The translations under genes were made by a program, and so were the position numbers. A stretch of DNA of 51,499 nt, filler included, from Jimgerdemannia flammicorona (Eukaryota), in NCBI GenBank assembly GCA_003990765.1. It is 2 parts of 2 records of this genome, joined end to end, with 100 filler letters (N's around TTAATTAATTAA, not from the genome) between each part and the next. Parts side by side here need not be neighbours in the genome. Positions count along the whole stretch, not along the records: positions 1 to 25,700 come from RBNJ01000802.1; 1 more part is not named here. One strand, written 5' to 3'. How positions within the stretch are numbered: the first letter of the stretch is position 1; every line of letters begins with the position of its first letter. Shown piece after piece: positions 10,701-22,883 of this stretch. The notes beneath the pieces are model-generated. The model saw only the letters and a list, made by a program, of their open reading frames with translations, did not search any database and had not been told where the DNA came from.

Positions 10701-13700
10701 CCTGGTACGCGTTGACGCCGCCATCAAGATCCAGAGCACTTACCGCGGTTACCTCGGCCGCCTCGTCGCCGCTCAGCGTTATAGTGCCACAGTCTGGCTC
10801 CAAACCATGGCGCGGCGGGCTCTAGCACGGCGCCGGTTCGTGGCGGAGAAGGGCGTGCGCGCGATCCAGGCGCAATGCCGAGGCGTCGTTGTCAGGAAGC
10901 GGATCGAAACTTTGCTGGATATGGTTCGGCCCATGCAGGCTGCGGCGCGCGGGTGGTTGGTTCGCCAGCGGGTCGGCAGGGACATGATTGCGCACCGTGC
11001 GGCGACGATGATCCAGACGGCGTGGCGGGGCGTCGAGGCCCGGCAGTGGTTCCTGCTCCTCAAGGCCGTGGTGTTGGTTCTGGAGGAACGCAGGCAGGCC
11101 ACGCTGCTGTGCCGTCGGGACCGGGAGCGATACGAGAAGCTATGGTGGGCGACGTGTACTGTGCAACAGCAGTGGCGGGCCAAGCTGGAGGGCACACGGG
11201 TCCGTAAGTGGTATGCTGGGGTGCGGAAGGTCGTCATTAAGACGCAGACCGTGGCGCGGGGGGTGCTGGTTCGAAGGCGGTATAGGGAGATTAGGGCAGC
11301 GGTGGCGATGCAGAAGGTGTGGAGGGGGTTCCAGGCCAGGAGGGATTATGTTCTTCTGAGGGCGGCGACGATCGCGATGCAGAGGCGGCGGAGAGCGCTG
11401 TTGGAAACGAGGAGGGAGAGGCAAGGGTTTTTGATACAGAAATGGGCGGTGATGGTGATTCAGGAGAGGTGGAGGGCGTGCATACTGGCGAGGAGGACAG
11501 CGCGAGCGTACATGCTTTGGCGGTTCGCAGCCGTGTTCATACAACGGAACTGGCGCCGGTACGTGGCGAGAAGGCGGTTCGTAGAGCTAAAGGCGGTGAC
11601 GCTCGCGATGCAGAGGAGGCGGCGCGCGCTGGTTGCGACGAGGGCGGAACGGAAGGAGTTTATAGTACAAAAATGGGCCGCCATGGTCATTCAGGAGAGG
11701 TGGCGGGCATACGTTGTCACGCGGCAGACGGCCGACGCGTTCCAGGCCTATCGGTGTGCGGCGATCGTGGTGCAGGCGGCGTGGCGAAGGTACGAGGCGC
11801 GCACAAGGTTCCTCGAGCTGCGCGAGGCGGTCGGTTACGTGCAGAGGAGGCGGCGCGCACTGGTTGCGACGAGGGCGGAACGGAAGGAGTTTATAATGCA
11901 AAAATGGGCCGCCATGGTCATTCAGGAGAGGTGGCGGGCATACGTTGTCACGAGGCAGACTGCCGACGCGTTCCAGACCTATCGGTGTGCGGCGATCGTG
12001 ATGCAGGCGGCGTGGCGAAGGTACGAGGCGCGCACAAGGTTCCTCGAGCTGCGCGAGGCGGCCGTTTGCGTGCAGAGGAGGCGGCGCGCACTGGTTACGA
12101 CGAAGGCGGAACGGGAGGAGTTTATGATACAAAAATGGGCCGCCATGGTCATTCAGGAGAGGTGGCGGGCATACGTTGTCGCGCGGCAGACGGCCAAGGC
12201 ATTCCAGGTCTATCGGTGTGCGGCGGTCGTGGCACAGACGGCGTGGCGAAGATACGAAGCACGCACAAGGTTCCTCGAGCTGCGCGAGGCCGCTGTTTGC
12301 GTGCAGAGGAGGCGGCGCGCCATCGTCATGACGCGACTGGTCAGAGAATGGTACATCGATCTCGTGTGGGCGACCATGGTCTTCCAGCAGCGATGGAGGG
12401 CCCAGTTGGCAATGCGCGAGGCTGCCGAGTCGTACCAGGCGATGCGGAAGGCGGCGGTTGTGCTCCAATCCGTGTACCGTGGGTATAGGGCGCGATGCGA
12501 GGTCGAACAGTTGCGAGTGGAGACACACGCCGCCACCGTCATCCAGACGGCATACAGGACATTCGTGGCACGGTACGACTTCGTGATGCTCAAGGCGGCG
12601 GCGATCTGCGTGCAGAGGAGAAGGAGGGCGCTGGTGCAGGGCCGGGAGGTGCACGCGGCGTATCACGAGTATCGCGACGCTGCCCTACAGATCCAGGAGT
12701 GGTGGCGCGCGTGCCAGTTGCGCAGGACGATCAGGGCCGATTTCGTGGCGCTGCGGAGCGCGATTATCGGCGTGCAGAGCCTGGTGCGTGGGGGGATGGT
12801 TCGGGAGCTGGTGCGGCGGTTCCGTGCGGCCGTCAAGATCCAGTCGGTGTATCGGATGTACGTTTGTCGACGCGAGTTCGAGGACATGCGCTGGGCGGCT
12901 TGGGTTGTCCAGGCACGATGGCGTGCCAAGGTTGCATGCGTAGAGGAGAGGCGGTGGTACCTACAGAAATGCTGGGCGTCCACGATCATTCAGGAAACGT
13001 GGCGTGCGTGTCAGGAGAGGAGGAGGTGTCGCAACGAATTCCTCGACATGCGGTGGGCGAGCATCACGATCCAGTCTCACTTCAAGAGGTACCTGGCCAG
13101 GACGCAATTCCTGCAAATGCGAGAAGCGGCCGTCACGATCCAGCGCGTGGTGCGCGGTCATCTAGCTCGTGTGGTCCTTGCTCAACAGTATGACGAGGAG
13201 TATTGCGCTGCCACCGTCATCCAGGCCGGCGCTCGTGGATACCTTACGCGCGTCAGGATCGCTCGGGAAATGGCTCTTCGACGCGAGTATCTTCAAAGCT
13301 GGTTCCAGGAAGCCTACCAGCACATGTGCGCCATCCGCATCCAACGCGTCTTCCGCAACCACGTCGCGTATCAGGCCGCCAAGAAGCACCACGACTCCAT
13401 CGTCACCATCCAGCAGTGGTGGCGTGCCAAGGCCGTTCGCCTCAACTTCCTGCGCCTCCGCGCTGCGACCCTCTTCGTGCAAGCCAGGGCGAAGCTCGTG
13501 TTCCTCCGGCATACACGGGCGGCGCTCATCATACAAAAAAGGTGGCAGGTCGTTGTGGCGCGACGAAGGTTCCTCAGGATATGCGAGGCTACGCTGTTGA
13601 TTCAGTCAGTGTGGAGGGCGCATTTGGTTAGACGGACGCAAGGGCCCAAGTTTAGGGCTATGAGAAGAAACATTAGGGAGGTGAATGCTAGAGCGGAGGA

Positions 13701-14436
13701 GCACATGAAGCTAAGCAATAGGACGACGATGGCCTTGGATATTTTGTTGACGAGCAAGCAGTTATCGGCGGTGTTGAAGGCTTGTTATCATTTAGGTAAA
13801 CATTTCGTCCTTTGCTATGGCTGCCTTTTTTTTATAGTCTTATGAATATTGAAAGACTCCAATATCCACCGCATTCTCAACAATCTAGATGTAGTCACCG
13901 ACCTATCCAAGATCTGCTGCCTCCGGCTCATTGAGCACGACGTCATCCGCATCATCTTTACACTCATCAAGCAATCCAACCGTTCGCAGCCGCACATGGA
14001 AGTCCTCAAGCATGCCATGTATATCCTCCGCAATCTCTCGCGGACCCCGGAAACCTCGCCACACGTCTTCGCTGATCCCGAGGGCGTCGATATTCTCGTC
14101 GAGAGCCTGCAGTCGTACCGCGAGAACGAGCGGATCTTCGCCTGTGCTGCGTCCATCTTGGTGACGATGGCGCGAGGCGGGCAGGACGGCACTGCGAACG
14201 CTAGGCAAATGCGCCAACTCCCCAACGTCCTCAAACGCATCAAGGCGGTGCAGGCATTCGCTGAGAGGAAGTTCGCAAAGGAATTTTCAGCTACGGGCAC
14301 GGCGGCGAAGGCGAGCAAGGCGGCAGCGAAGCCTATGACGAAGGTGGCGAAGGAGAAGGAGAGGGAGAAGGAGAGAGCGAACAGGACGTTAGCGGCGTTG
14401 ACGGAGCTGATGGAGAGGTTGGAAGGTCGAAAGTAG
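7798..14436 (+). CDS. ASPM: Abnormal spindle (ASPM/Asp)-like protein: calponin-homology domains, long IQ-repeat array, C-terminal ARM/HEAT-like region; multi-exon
   Basis: QENAFTKWLN; CH motifs NLATDLRDGIKLTRLVE, DVVDGHREKTFALLWSVI and VRNFTNSFADGRALCYIVHHY; dozens of IQxxxRGxxxR-like motifs at 10567-13700; C-terminal SNRSQPHMEVLKHAMYILRNLS. Confidence 0.88.
11608..12320 (+). repeat. About 3 near-identical 231-bp (77-aa) tandem units within the IQ array, preceded by a more diverged unit
   Basis: GGTT(G/A)CGACG recurs at 11631, 11862 and 12093 (period 231). Confidence 0.9.
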
Positions 14437-15703
14437 GGTCAAGTTGGGGATTATATGATTCAACGGATATCTCTATTTTTCGTATTTCTCGTTATTTTTT
14501 TTTATAATGACATCGTGATTTTGGCCGTCTTTTCCTTCGTTTGCTTTGTGTTTTGATTTGGCGTGATCTGCAAGCCGCCATAGCAATGTACATAGTGGTG
14601 ACAATCTGCGAATTGAATGAACACATAGGAGAGAAATCGTGTGGCCGCTGCACCGAGTTGTCCAAAGCATGGAGGGAGGCAATTTTTCCTCTGGTTGAAG
14701 GGAAGCAACACCCCTTGAACTTCACGTGACCCTGATCGCGTGGTATTTCGATCTTCTCTTGGCAGCAGTAATCTCTCTAGCATAGCGAAGCAGAAAGCAA
14801 AGGATTGTTTGTCTCTGATGATCATAAAGTAACCGTCTTTGATGTTCGCTCGCAACACAGGTGACCTGCTGGATGGGTATTCTGTTCGCTCGGTTGCAGT
14901 GGGCCCCAAGGTTTTAACACAGACCAGCGCTGTAGTAAGTTGCCATAGGTCAAGCAGCCGACAATGACGTGATCATGTATATATTTTGCAAGAAATGCTG
15001 GCCAGGTGAGGTGGGCCTTGGTAGCTTTTTTTTTTTTTAAAAAAAAACGGTAATCGGACTTGTAGGTGAGCAGCTTTGCATTCCATTAGACTCGATGATG
15101 GTCCTTTGTCATTGTTCAATCAGGCTCCCTAAATATGTTCCAACGGCTATAGCTCGGGCATATGACAAAAAGCCCGTTTGCAACTTGTCGCAGACGTTTC
15201 CGCTGTGTGAGAAGCGTGGGAGTTACGCGGTGTGGGTGATGGGTTGTTCGAAAGCTTCCCTCTATATTGAGAACCGTCGACCTCCTGCATCATTCCGGAG
15301 TCCGCTTGAGGTCACTTCAGAGACAGGTCACCTACCTCCATTAAAGAACCGCTCGCTCATTTCGTGAAACGCGCGGCACTCGGTACACCCTAAATAATGG
15401 ACATTATCTTTGTTCAATTGGCAAGCGAGTATCGCAGGACCTGAGCATGCGCGATATATTAACATGTATGCTAGAAATTGAATAAAAAATATAAATCGAG
15501 CAAGTGCGTAGGTAGGTATGTGATCTATGTACGTTCGGGAGATAAGCAATTACTACATTATAAAGAGAAAGGGAAATGGGACGGGCGAAAAAAAGTTGTA
15601 CATGATTGAATGCAAAAGGCAACTATAATCTCAACGAATGTTCGGTTTTAGGTAACGAAAGGTTAAAGGGTGGAAATATGCACAAGGAAATAAAGAGATT
15701 GTT

Positions 15704-15744
<41 letters not shown>

Positions 15745-15797
15745 ATCTAGTAGAGAAATCTTCCTACACGAAAAGCAGGCCCCCTTGTCTCTTGTCC

Positions 15798-17483
15798 CTA
15801 ATCTGTCACAACCCGTTTTGATGCAGCTCGATATTGGCGGCGTTGACTCTCCTTCCTTCGTACCCCAGTCAACATATCCGACTTTGTGGTGGGGTCGGCG
15901 GCGACGATGCCTACGGCGTTGTAGTCAATACGGTAGATCTTCGGAGGGAGTCCCTTTCCGAATTTTCGATTGACGTGGTTTGAGCAGAGGAGCGCGACGA
16001 AGATGACGAAAATGTGAACGGGGAGGAGGAGGAAGGTGATCGTGTAGGTGTAGATGAGGCCGGACTTGGTGAGGGTCTGGTATTTGTACTTGCAGCCCGG
16101 GAGGAGCGTGCGTGGGAAGCACTTGCTTGAGCGTTCCGGCCAGTCCGTGAACTCCTTGTAGCCGCAGCAACGGAGCTGGTGGAGGGAGGGAGGGTAAAAT
16201 GTTGTGTAAGATGTAGATCTTGATAGACTCAGGCACAATTTCTTTCAATGAACGTTACAAGCAATTCCCTCTCCCCACCCTATCCCACAACTTACATTAG
16301 CCTGCACTCTAGACCTATCGTCCCGATCGAAGATATCGTGCCATTGGTTTCTGAGCTTTGCCTCGAGGTTCCATTTGTTTTTGCGGTACGAGACGTACCC
16401 CACAGACGCAATCAAGGCGAAGCAGGGCCAAAGCAAAACGTTGTAAATGGCGAGGATGCCACGATTGTTAAGCATGATACCCGTGTAGCCCAGGAGTGAG
16501 GTGAGGAGGCAAAGGCCGCCCATCGCCGTGACAACTGTGGGAAGGAAGGCCTTGTGTCAATGGGGTGTTCGTTACGAGACAGGGGAGAGAGACGGGTGAC
16601 GGGGGATTGTGAGTACGTACGGCCTAGAAGGACGGGTTCGCCGACGATGACGGTGTCAGCGCGTTCGAAGACTAATTTGGGGGCAATGGGTAGATGGTGT
16701 TATGGTGGTTAGCTGGGACCGATCTTGGGGAGATACTGTAACAGAATGGTGTAAGGGATAAATGAAGGAGACTCAGCATACGTTTGAACCAGGTCAATAC
16801 CACCAACATGCTAGCCCCGAGACCGTAAATGAATAGCTGCAAGGAGGATGAAGGAGTGTGAGAAGCGCGAGGACATGAGGGGCGAGAGCAATACTTGATC
16901 GGAAGGGGCGCAGCTCGTCACTTAACCTACCAGAGTGTTCGCGACCAAAAGCAACCACTTGTGTTTGGACCACCTCATCTTCCTCGGCACTCCGTCGTGC
17001 ATGTATCGCTTCATGATATGCAGCGAGCTACCGTCTACATTCATGATTGAAGTCCTGGGCGAGTGGCTGCTGCCGCCGCCGCCGTTCAGCCAGGGTTGCA
17101 CGGGCGCGGGCAGCGGAGGCATCTCGTCTTGGTTTTGGGTAGATAGGCTGTTGGTAGAGTTGTCGGGGGAGACGTCGAAGGGGAAGCGAACGTTGAGGAG
17201 GCGGGAGTTACGGGCGCTGCTGGGTGCGGAGCTATTGCGGTAGTTGCCGGTAGTGGGGTTGACGTTGGAGATTGGATAATTCCTGTGAAAGGAGGGTGCG
17301 CAAAGGAGAGAACAAAACAAGGTTTAGTATACAATAAGAGAGGAAAAGTGTGGCAACGTGTAGCGTACGACTCGATAGTAATCGCTGTTTGGATAATGAA
17401 ACTTACCGTTGGCGAACGTCGGCAGGTCCAAACGATAGCGGGTGCGCGAAACGAGAGGTACCAATGTCTGCTTCTTCCAACAT
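15798..17483 (-). CDS. Fungal tetraspanin (Tsp2-like), multi-exon
   Basis: Four hydrophobic helices (KWLLLVANTL.., GGLCLLTSLLGYTG, ILAIYNVLLWPCFALIASVGY, FLLLPVHIFVIFVALLC), an extracellular LRCCGY..C......PGCK motif and a long cytosolic N-terminus. The start at 17483 is inferred from splice sites. Confidence 0.8.
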
Positions 17484-19140
17484 TTTATTGATGGCGGTGT
17501 GTTACGCTCCCGGAGGTATTTGGTAAGCAAGGTTTTACGCGAGCTATGTGACCGGGCCAAGGGATAGAGAGGAAAGAGGGGAAATGAATCTTTCATGTCA
17601 GTATGTCAGTGGAATGGCTCGAACTGGCAACCGGGGGTCCCGTTTTGGCAGAAGTTACTGTTTCACCATCCCCAGCCCAGGGCTTCGAGATCGTAGAATT
17701 TCTGGTTGGGATGGGAATCAGCCGATTTAAGTACCAATGCTAACCATCAGCTTAGAACAATAAACTGCCCGGAACAATCATCCAGGTACATCGAGTATTA
17801 ATCGGGTTGAGCCATGAGTGTGTATGTTCAATCACACAGTCAGCAATTGACAGCTCCGTGTGGACCAACGATCTCGGGTGCCATTCCGATCGACCAATCG
17901 TAGCCCGGGACTTCACGTAACGTGTTTGATTCAGATAGGGAAAGGGTTCTTCTGCACTCGTGACTCTTCGCGCTTACAGAACCTGCCGGCATGGCGGAAT
18001 TGCATAATATGCAACGTGTTCTGAGGTGTTGAATGACGCTCTATTTTTAGGACGCGTCTATAGGATGTGATATCCGAAATCATTATTACACACAAAAATA
18101 AAACCTGTGTTGACAATGAAATCTCCCACCACGAAAGCAAAGAAGGTATGATGTTCACCAAATCCCATCACGGAGCCTCCCTCCATACCACAAAACACCC
18201 ACACATACGTGACACAGCCCCCTGCATTATTATGCACGCCTGTTTGTTTTCGAACGCCGACGCCGCAGTGCCCGCGCACGGCTCGGAATGACGTGAAAGG
18301 AGAAGAATACGACTCTGCCTAGACCTTGCCACTGGCAGGGTTGTGGATGTGTGATTTAATGCTCAGCTGGCAAAATATCGTGGGAATCATAGAAGGTCCG
18401 TTCTGGACCTCCGTATCACGTGTCACGGGCTGACACAGTATCTGCGGATGCGTTTGCCGTGGAGGGAGGAATCGAGTTCTTTGGTTTTTGCGTTCGTTTG
18501 TTCTTTCAGGGGGTCTTATTAAAGCTAATGAAATTAATATAGATAATGTGAATGGTGGGGGGGTCGGAGGGGGGCTTTGCCTCGCGGTATCGCTTTACCA
18601 CGGACAAACGGTCTATTTGTATTTTGTTTTGTTTTGTTTTGTTTTTTTTTTTTATCAACCGCCAAAATGCTTCCTGATGATTCGGTGCATGCCTTTGAAA
18701 ATTCTCAAGCGGGACATTTTGATTGAACCGAACTTTGAATAAGTATTTGGTGATATATATCGGCACATTTTCTCTCCACTCGATGCGATACATGTCTATT
18801 ATTAAAAAAAAAAAAACATCCGTTCTCTACTCTATATGTTTGAAGGAATGAACCGTGCCATAGATCCATAGTCGTGTGTCCCGGTTTCTGCAGGGCATCA
18901 TCTTTCGAACTGTGTCGCCCGTGATCACTAATTAGGTGATGTTTTTTGTCCTTTGGCGACCTCCAATCCGAGATATTCATAGTAGAAATAAGGGTATTGA
19001 ACGGTACAAAGGGTCGGAACATCATGTCTGCAAGGTTGATTGACAATGATTTGATATACTATTTATTTACATTTAATATTTAATTTAATCGTGTTTTGTT
19101 GGTGGTATGTATTTTAAACCGAAAGAAAGAAAATATGTGA

Positions 19141-21246
19141 TCACCGCTCTTCACCATCCTGCAATGTCCAAAAATCTAGCGCTGCCTCTATATCCACCTC
19201 GCGCACCCCAAATTCGATGACCTTTTCAACTCTGTCCTCGACAACCTGCCCGCCCACGACAACCTGCCCGCCCACGACAACCTCTCCGCCCACGACAACC
19301 TCTCCGCCCACGACAACCTCTCCGCCCACGACAACCTCTCCGCCCACGACAACCGCATCCCCAATCTCGACCTCGGCAACCCTGTCCCCGCCCTCGTCAA
19401 CTCTATTCACAACTTCAGCGATCGTTTCAGTGCCGACTCCGTCTTCGCCAACCGCATTATCACCCTCGGTGGTCGTTTCTTGAACACTCGCCTCACCCTC
19501 GCCAAATGCATCTCCAACCACGGCGACAGTGTTAACCGTATTGCCACCCTCGACGACAGTTTCAACGCCGACTTCGCCTTCGCCAACCGCATTTCCGACT
19601 TCGACGATCTTTTCAACCTTATTCCCGGCCTCTTCGACGTTCTCCGCGCCATCAGCTCTAGCTTTATCTTTGAGGCCATTACGTATCTTTCCAAACGAAC
19701 CTCCCTTTCCGAGAGCCATCTCTCTCAACCGCGCATCCAAGATCACGGTGAGTTCCGCCAACTCGGCCCCACCCTCCACCGCGCCTTCCCTCCACATCTC
19801 CACGTATCTCTTCTGGATATGCCACAACGTTCCATCGCGGGTGCCCATCGACCACCACAAGAGGGCCGCATCACGCGCCCTGGCCGCCCGTTCGATAAAT
19901 AGCTTCGGGAACGCCAGTCTGGGCTTTTTCCGATTGTGCAATGCCGTATCGAGTAGCCGCGCAATCTCGACTATACTCGCAATTTTTTCGACTCCCGCGC
20001 GCGCCTGCGCGTCGTAATAATTCGCAAACTCCGACACAATCGACCTCGCCCCAATTTCTTCTACAAGGGCCGGGAACCTCTCCGCGCAGCTCCTCACGAT
20101 TTCGACGTCATTGGCCAGGATCGCTTGGATCAGGATCGCCTGCGCGGGTATTGCCTGCGGGAACAACCGTCCGATGTACTCCAGTACGCCTACATCGTGA
20201 TCGCGAACGGCCTCGCTGACAATGCTCCGGAGGCCGTGGTGCGGCCAGATGTTCTCCAGGGCGTCCATGGCGATGGCAGCGGCGGCGTCGTCACCGTCGG
20301 GCTCCACGCCGTGGATGCTCTTCTCCGTGTCTGCGTGGGTCTGGTACACGGCAAACATGCCCCACCATCCAATCCTGGGGAGCCAGCGGTCGCGGCATTC
20401 GGAGCAGGTGTCCTCAGGCAGCATGTTGAGGACGTGCATGGTGCGGAAGGTGATGGCATCGTCGTCGAATTCGCGGGCGCCGGAGGCGATGTACTTGCGG
20501 TCGATGCAGGCCAAGTCGGCCTCGTCCCAGGAGAGAAAGCGGACGCCGCGATTGTGCAGATAGGTTAGGGCCTCGGGCCAGTTGTTCTGGATGCCAATGC
20601 GGAGAATGCGGTCCGGCGTATCAGTGAGCTCGTTGAAGCGGGAATGGTTGTACACGTGCTCGATGAGCTGGAGCTGTTTCTGGTTCAGGAGCGTGTCCCA
20701 GTCCAGGAAGCCTGGTTGCGTCTGCTGGACGAACCGCGACGCGTAGAGCCACTCGAGGATGTCGATTCGGATCGACAGCATCGCCCAGCGGCGTATCTTT
20801 GTGAATATGCCCTGTTGCTGTTCTGGCGCGTTGGTGCCAGAAAGCAGGGGGCTCGAGGTGTCGATCAGCACGGAAAGATACATATATACATGGAGGTTAT
20901 CGGAAGAGATTTCGTATGGATAGCTGGATGACGCGAGGAATTCCCACCCATCTTTGCTGAGGTGACGCGGAAGTAGGAGGTGCCGTAGGAGGGGGAGGTC
21001 GCCCTTCTCGACCGCATGTTGGAGGATGGTCGGAGGCTGGGAGTCGTCGTCTTGGGGAGTTTCCAGGATGGGCGGAAGCTTGATAGCAACGTCGAAGAAG
21101 CCGGCGGCGGTGGCGTGCTCATGTGTGGTAAAGGAGAAGACGTACGGAATAATTTCTGGTGGACATGCGTAGAGAAGTGGAGAGATGATGTCGATGGAGT
21201 CTTTGACGGGCTCTCCATTTGTGTCTGATAATGTTGCGGACCCCAT
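19141..21246 (-). CDS. Intronless 701-aa ankyrin-repeat-like protein with a possible N-terminal F-box-like motif and an acidic repetitive tail
   Basis: Uninterrupted ORF. Degenerate ankyrin-like helices HAVEKGDLPLLRHL, AVRDHDVGVLEYI, AILANDVEIVR and AARARDAALLWW. N-terminal CPPEIIPYVFSF. Confidence 0.65.
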   Translation of the reverse strand: MGSATLSDTNGEPVKDSIDIISPLLYACPPEIIPYVFSFTTHEHATAAGFFDVAIKLPPILETPQDDDSQPPTILQHAVEKGDLPLLRHLLLPRHLSKDGWEFLASSSYPYEISSDNLHVYMYLSVLIDTSSPLLSGTNAPEQQQGIFTKIRRWAMLSIRIDILEWLYASRFVQQTQPGFLDWDTLLNQKQLQLIEHVYNHSRFNELTDTPDRILRIGIQNNWPEALTYLHNRGVRFLSWDEADLACIDRKYIASGAREFDDDAITFRTMHVLNMLPEDTCSECRDRWLPRIGWWGMFAVYQTHADTEKSIHGVEPDGDDAAAAIAMDALENIWPHHGLRSIVSEAVRDHDVGVLEYIGRLFPQAIPAQAILIQAILANDVEIVRSCAERFPALVEEIGARSIVSEFANYYDAQARAGVEKIASIVEIARLLDTALHNRKKPRLAFPKLFIERAARARDAALLWWSMGTRDGTLWHIQKRYVEMWREGAVEGGAELAELTVILDARLREMALGKGGSFGKIRNGLKDKARADGAENVEEAGNKVEKIVEVGNAVGEGEVGVETVVEGGNTVNTVAVVGDAFGEGEASVQETTTEGDNAVGEDGVGTETIAEVVNRVDEGGDRVAEVEIGDAVVVGGEVVVGGEVVVGGEVVVGGEVVVGGQVVVGGQVVEDRVEKVIEFGVREVDIEAALDFWTLQDGEER
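19239..19354 (-). repeat. 18-bp coding tandem repeat, ~6.4 copies (VVVGG[E/Q])
   Basis: cgacaacct(g/c)(c/t)ccgccca repeated from 19239. Confidence 0.95.
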
Positions 21247-21958
21247 TTTATAACAAGTTTTTTTACGATGGGCAATGGTGGGATGTTGCGGTATTTATAC
21301 GGAAAGTGGCGCGGGTGAGTCATGGGCAAGATACTGCGGCGGGGTTAGCACTCTACGCCCACATAGTTAGGTCGTCGCCGCATTCTATTGCTTGACTGCG
21401 CCTCGCCGGACCAGAAACTAATCCCAATTACTGCAAAGTTTGGGCTCAGGCCGCTGCTGATTGGCTTGGCCGATCGTGTTCTTTGTTCTACCGCTCATTT
21501 CCTTCATTTCCTGCGGATCCGCACCGCTTAGGCGTACAACCTTAGTCGTTGAACTCACTGCGGTGAGAAAAATGACTGTGCCTCACCCATCTCATTCGAC
21601 CTTGGCTTTGCGCGAGCTCTCTCTTATGTCATCCAATCCACATGCGATGCTTCATCCTCAGCTTCTGCCCATGATATAATCAATACTGAAATGGAAGTCG
21701 CCCTTACAAGATTCATTCTTCTCACTTTGCATGGACAAAATGGATGTGTGATTTCATTCAATCACCAAGCCTCTGTATCGCTAATTCTCACCTCGAATCG
21801 CATCATTGATGCTGTGCCAAACACTAGTTTCCGCCAAAGCAAACAAAAGAGAACACCTCTCTCGCAGGAGTACCAAAAAATGTTTAAATAGACCTTCTCA
21901 ACTACAAACATTCTCGAATACAACAAACGCAATACTCTCTTCACTCCACCCACATACC

Positions 21959-21989
<31 letters not shown>

Positions 21990-22014
21990 TCCCCCCAAAT
22001 CCAGCAAAACCAAG

Positions 22015-22715
22015 ATGCGTTGCTTTGCCATCCTCCTCTGCGTCTTCTTCTCCGCCTTTGTCCAGGCCGAGAATATCACCGAGTCGGGATCCCGCATCAG
22101 CATGTTTTCCCGTGCCATAGTCCAAATCCCAGAATTCCTGAGCCAGCTTAACGATGAGTCCAAAAAGTTCACGGTAAGGGCTGAAAGGTCGTACAAAATT
22201 CCGATGCAGGATATATATATGAGCCTGACTTTTGGATTCATCAGATCTTCGCTCCTACCAACGAAGCGATCACTGATGCCATTACCGGAGCCCTGGCCCG
22301 GATCAAGGAATACATGAGCGAACCCTGTACGTTCCTCCCCTCACTACTCTCCACATGCTACGCCCTCCTAAACTCACTCACGCCTTAATCCTCCCACTCA
22401 GGCGCCACCGAGATCATCAAGCGCATTGTCGCTGGACACATCGTCACCGAGGAAATCTACGCTGACCAGATCGAGGGTCCCGCCCGTCTTGGGACGCTCA
22501 TGGGCAACGAGCGCCTCATCATCTCCCGCAAGGGCTCGGACATCTTCGTCATGCCTGAGGAGACGAGCTATATAATGACTCGTCGCGCCCGCGTCGTCAT
22601 TCCGGACGCCGTTAGGGCCTCCAACGGCGTGTTTCATGGCATCGATGCTGTGCTCGTGCCTGCGAGCCTCGAGCGAGTTATAATCCCCGAGTATTGTCTT
22701 GGGCACAATGTCTAG
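22015..22715 (+). CDS. Secreted fasciclin (FAS1) domain protein, 3 exons
   Basis: Signal peptide MRCFAILLCVFFSAFVQA; FAS1 H1 motif FT|IFAPTNEA; H2 motif ASNGVFHGIDAVLVP. Confidence 0.88.
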
Positions 22716-22883
22716 GATCGCGAGGCGGGCGGTGATCCGGGTTGGGTGATATAGGCTATGAAGCGCCAAAAATCGTATAGCAATCCCCGAATAAAATTCC
22801 GTCAACTTCGTTTCTGCCTTTTTGCATGCCCTCGTCACATGACTAGAAATTCGCGTTTCGTGAGCGCGAGTTTCCTCCAAACC

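Noticed and set aside
11319..12666. Long alternative-frame and antisense ORFs (389 aa, 359 aa) in ASPM
   Set aside because: Explained by GC-rich tandem-repeat coding sequence; no motifs.
19217..19483. Mucin-like PPTTTS ORF on the + strand
   Set aside because: It is the antisense shadow of the VVVGGE repeat of the 701-aa gene.
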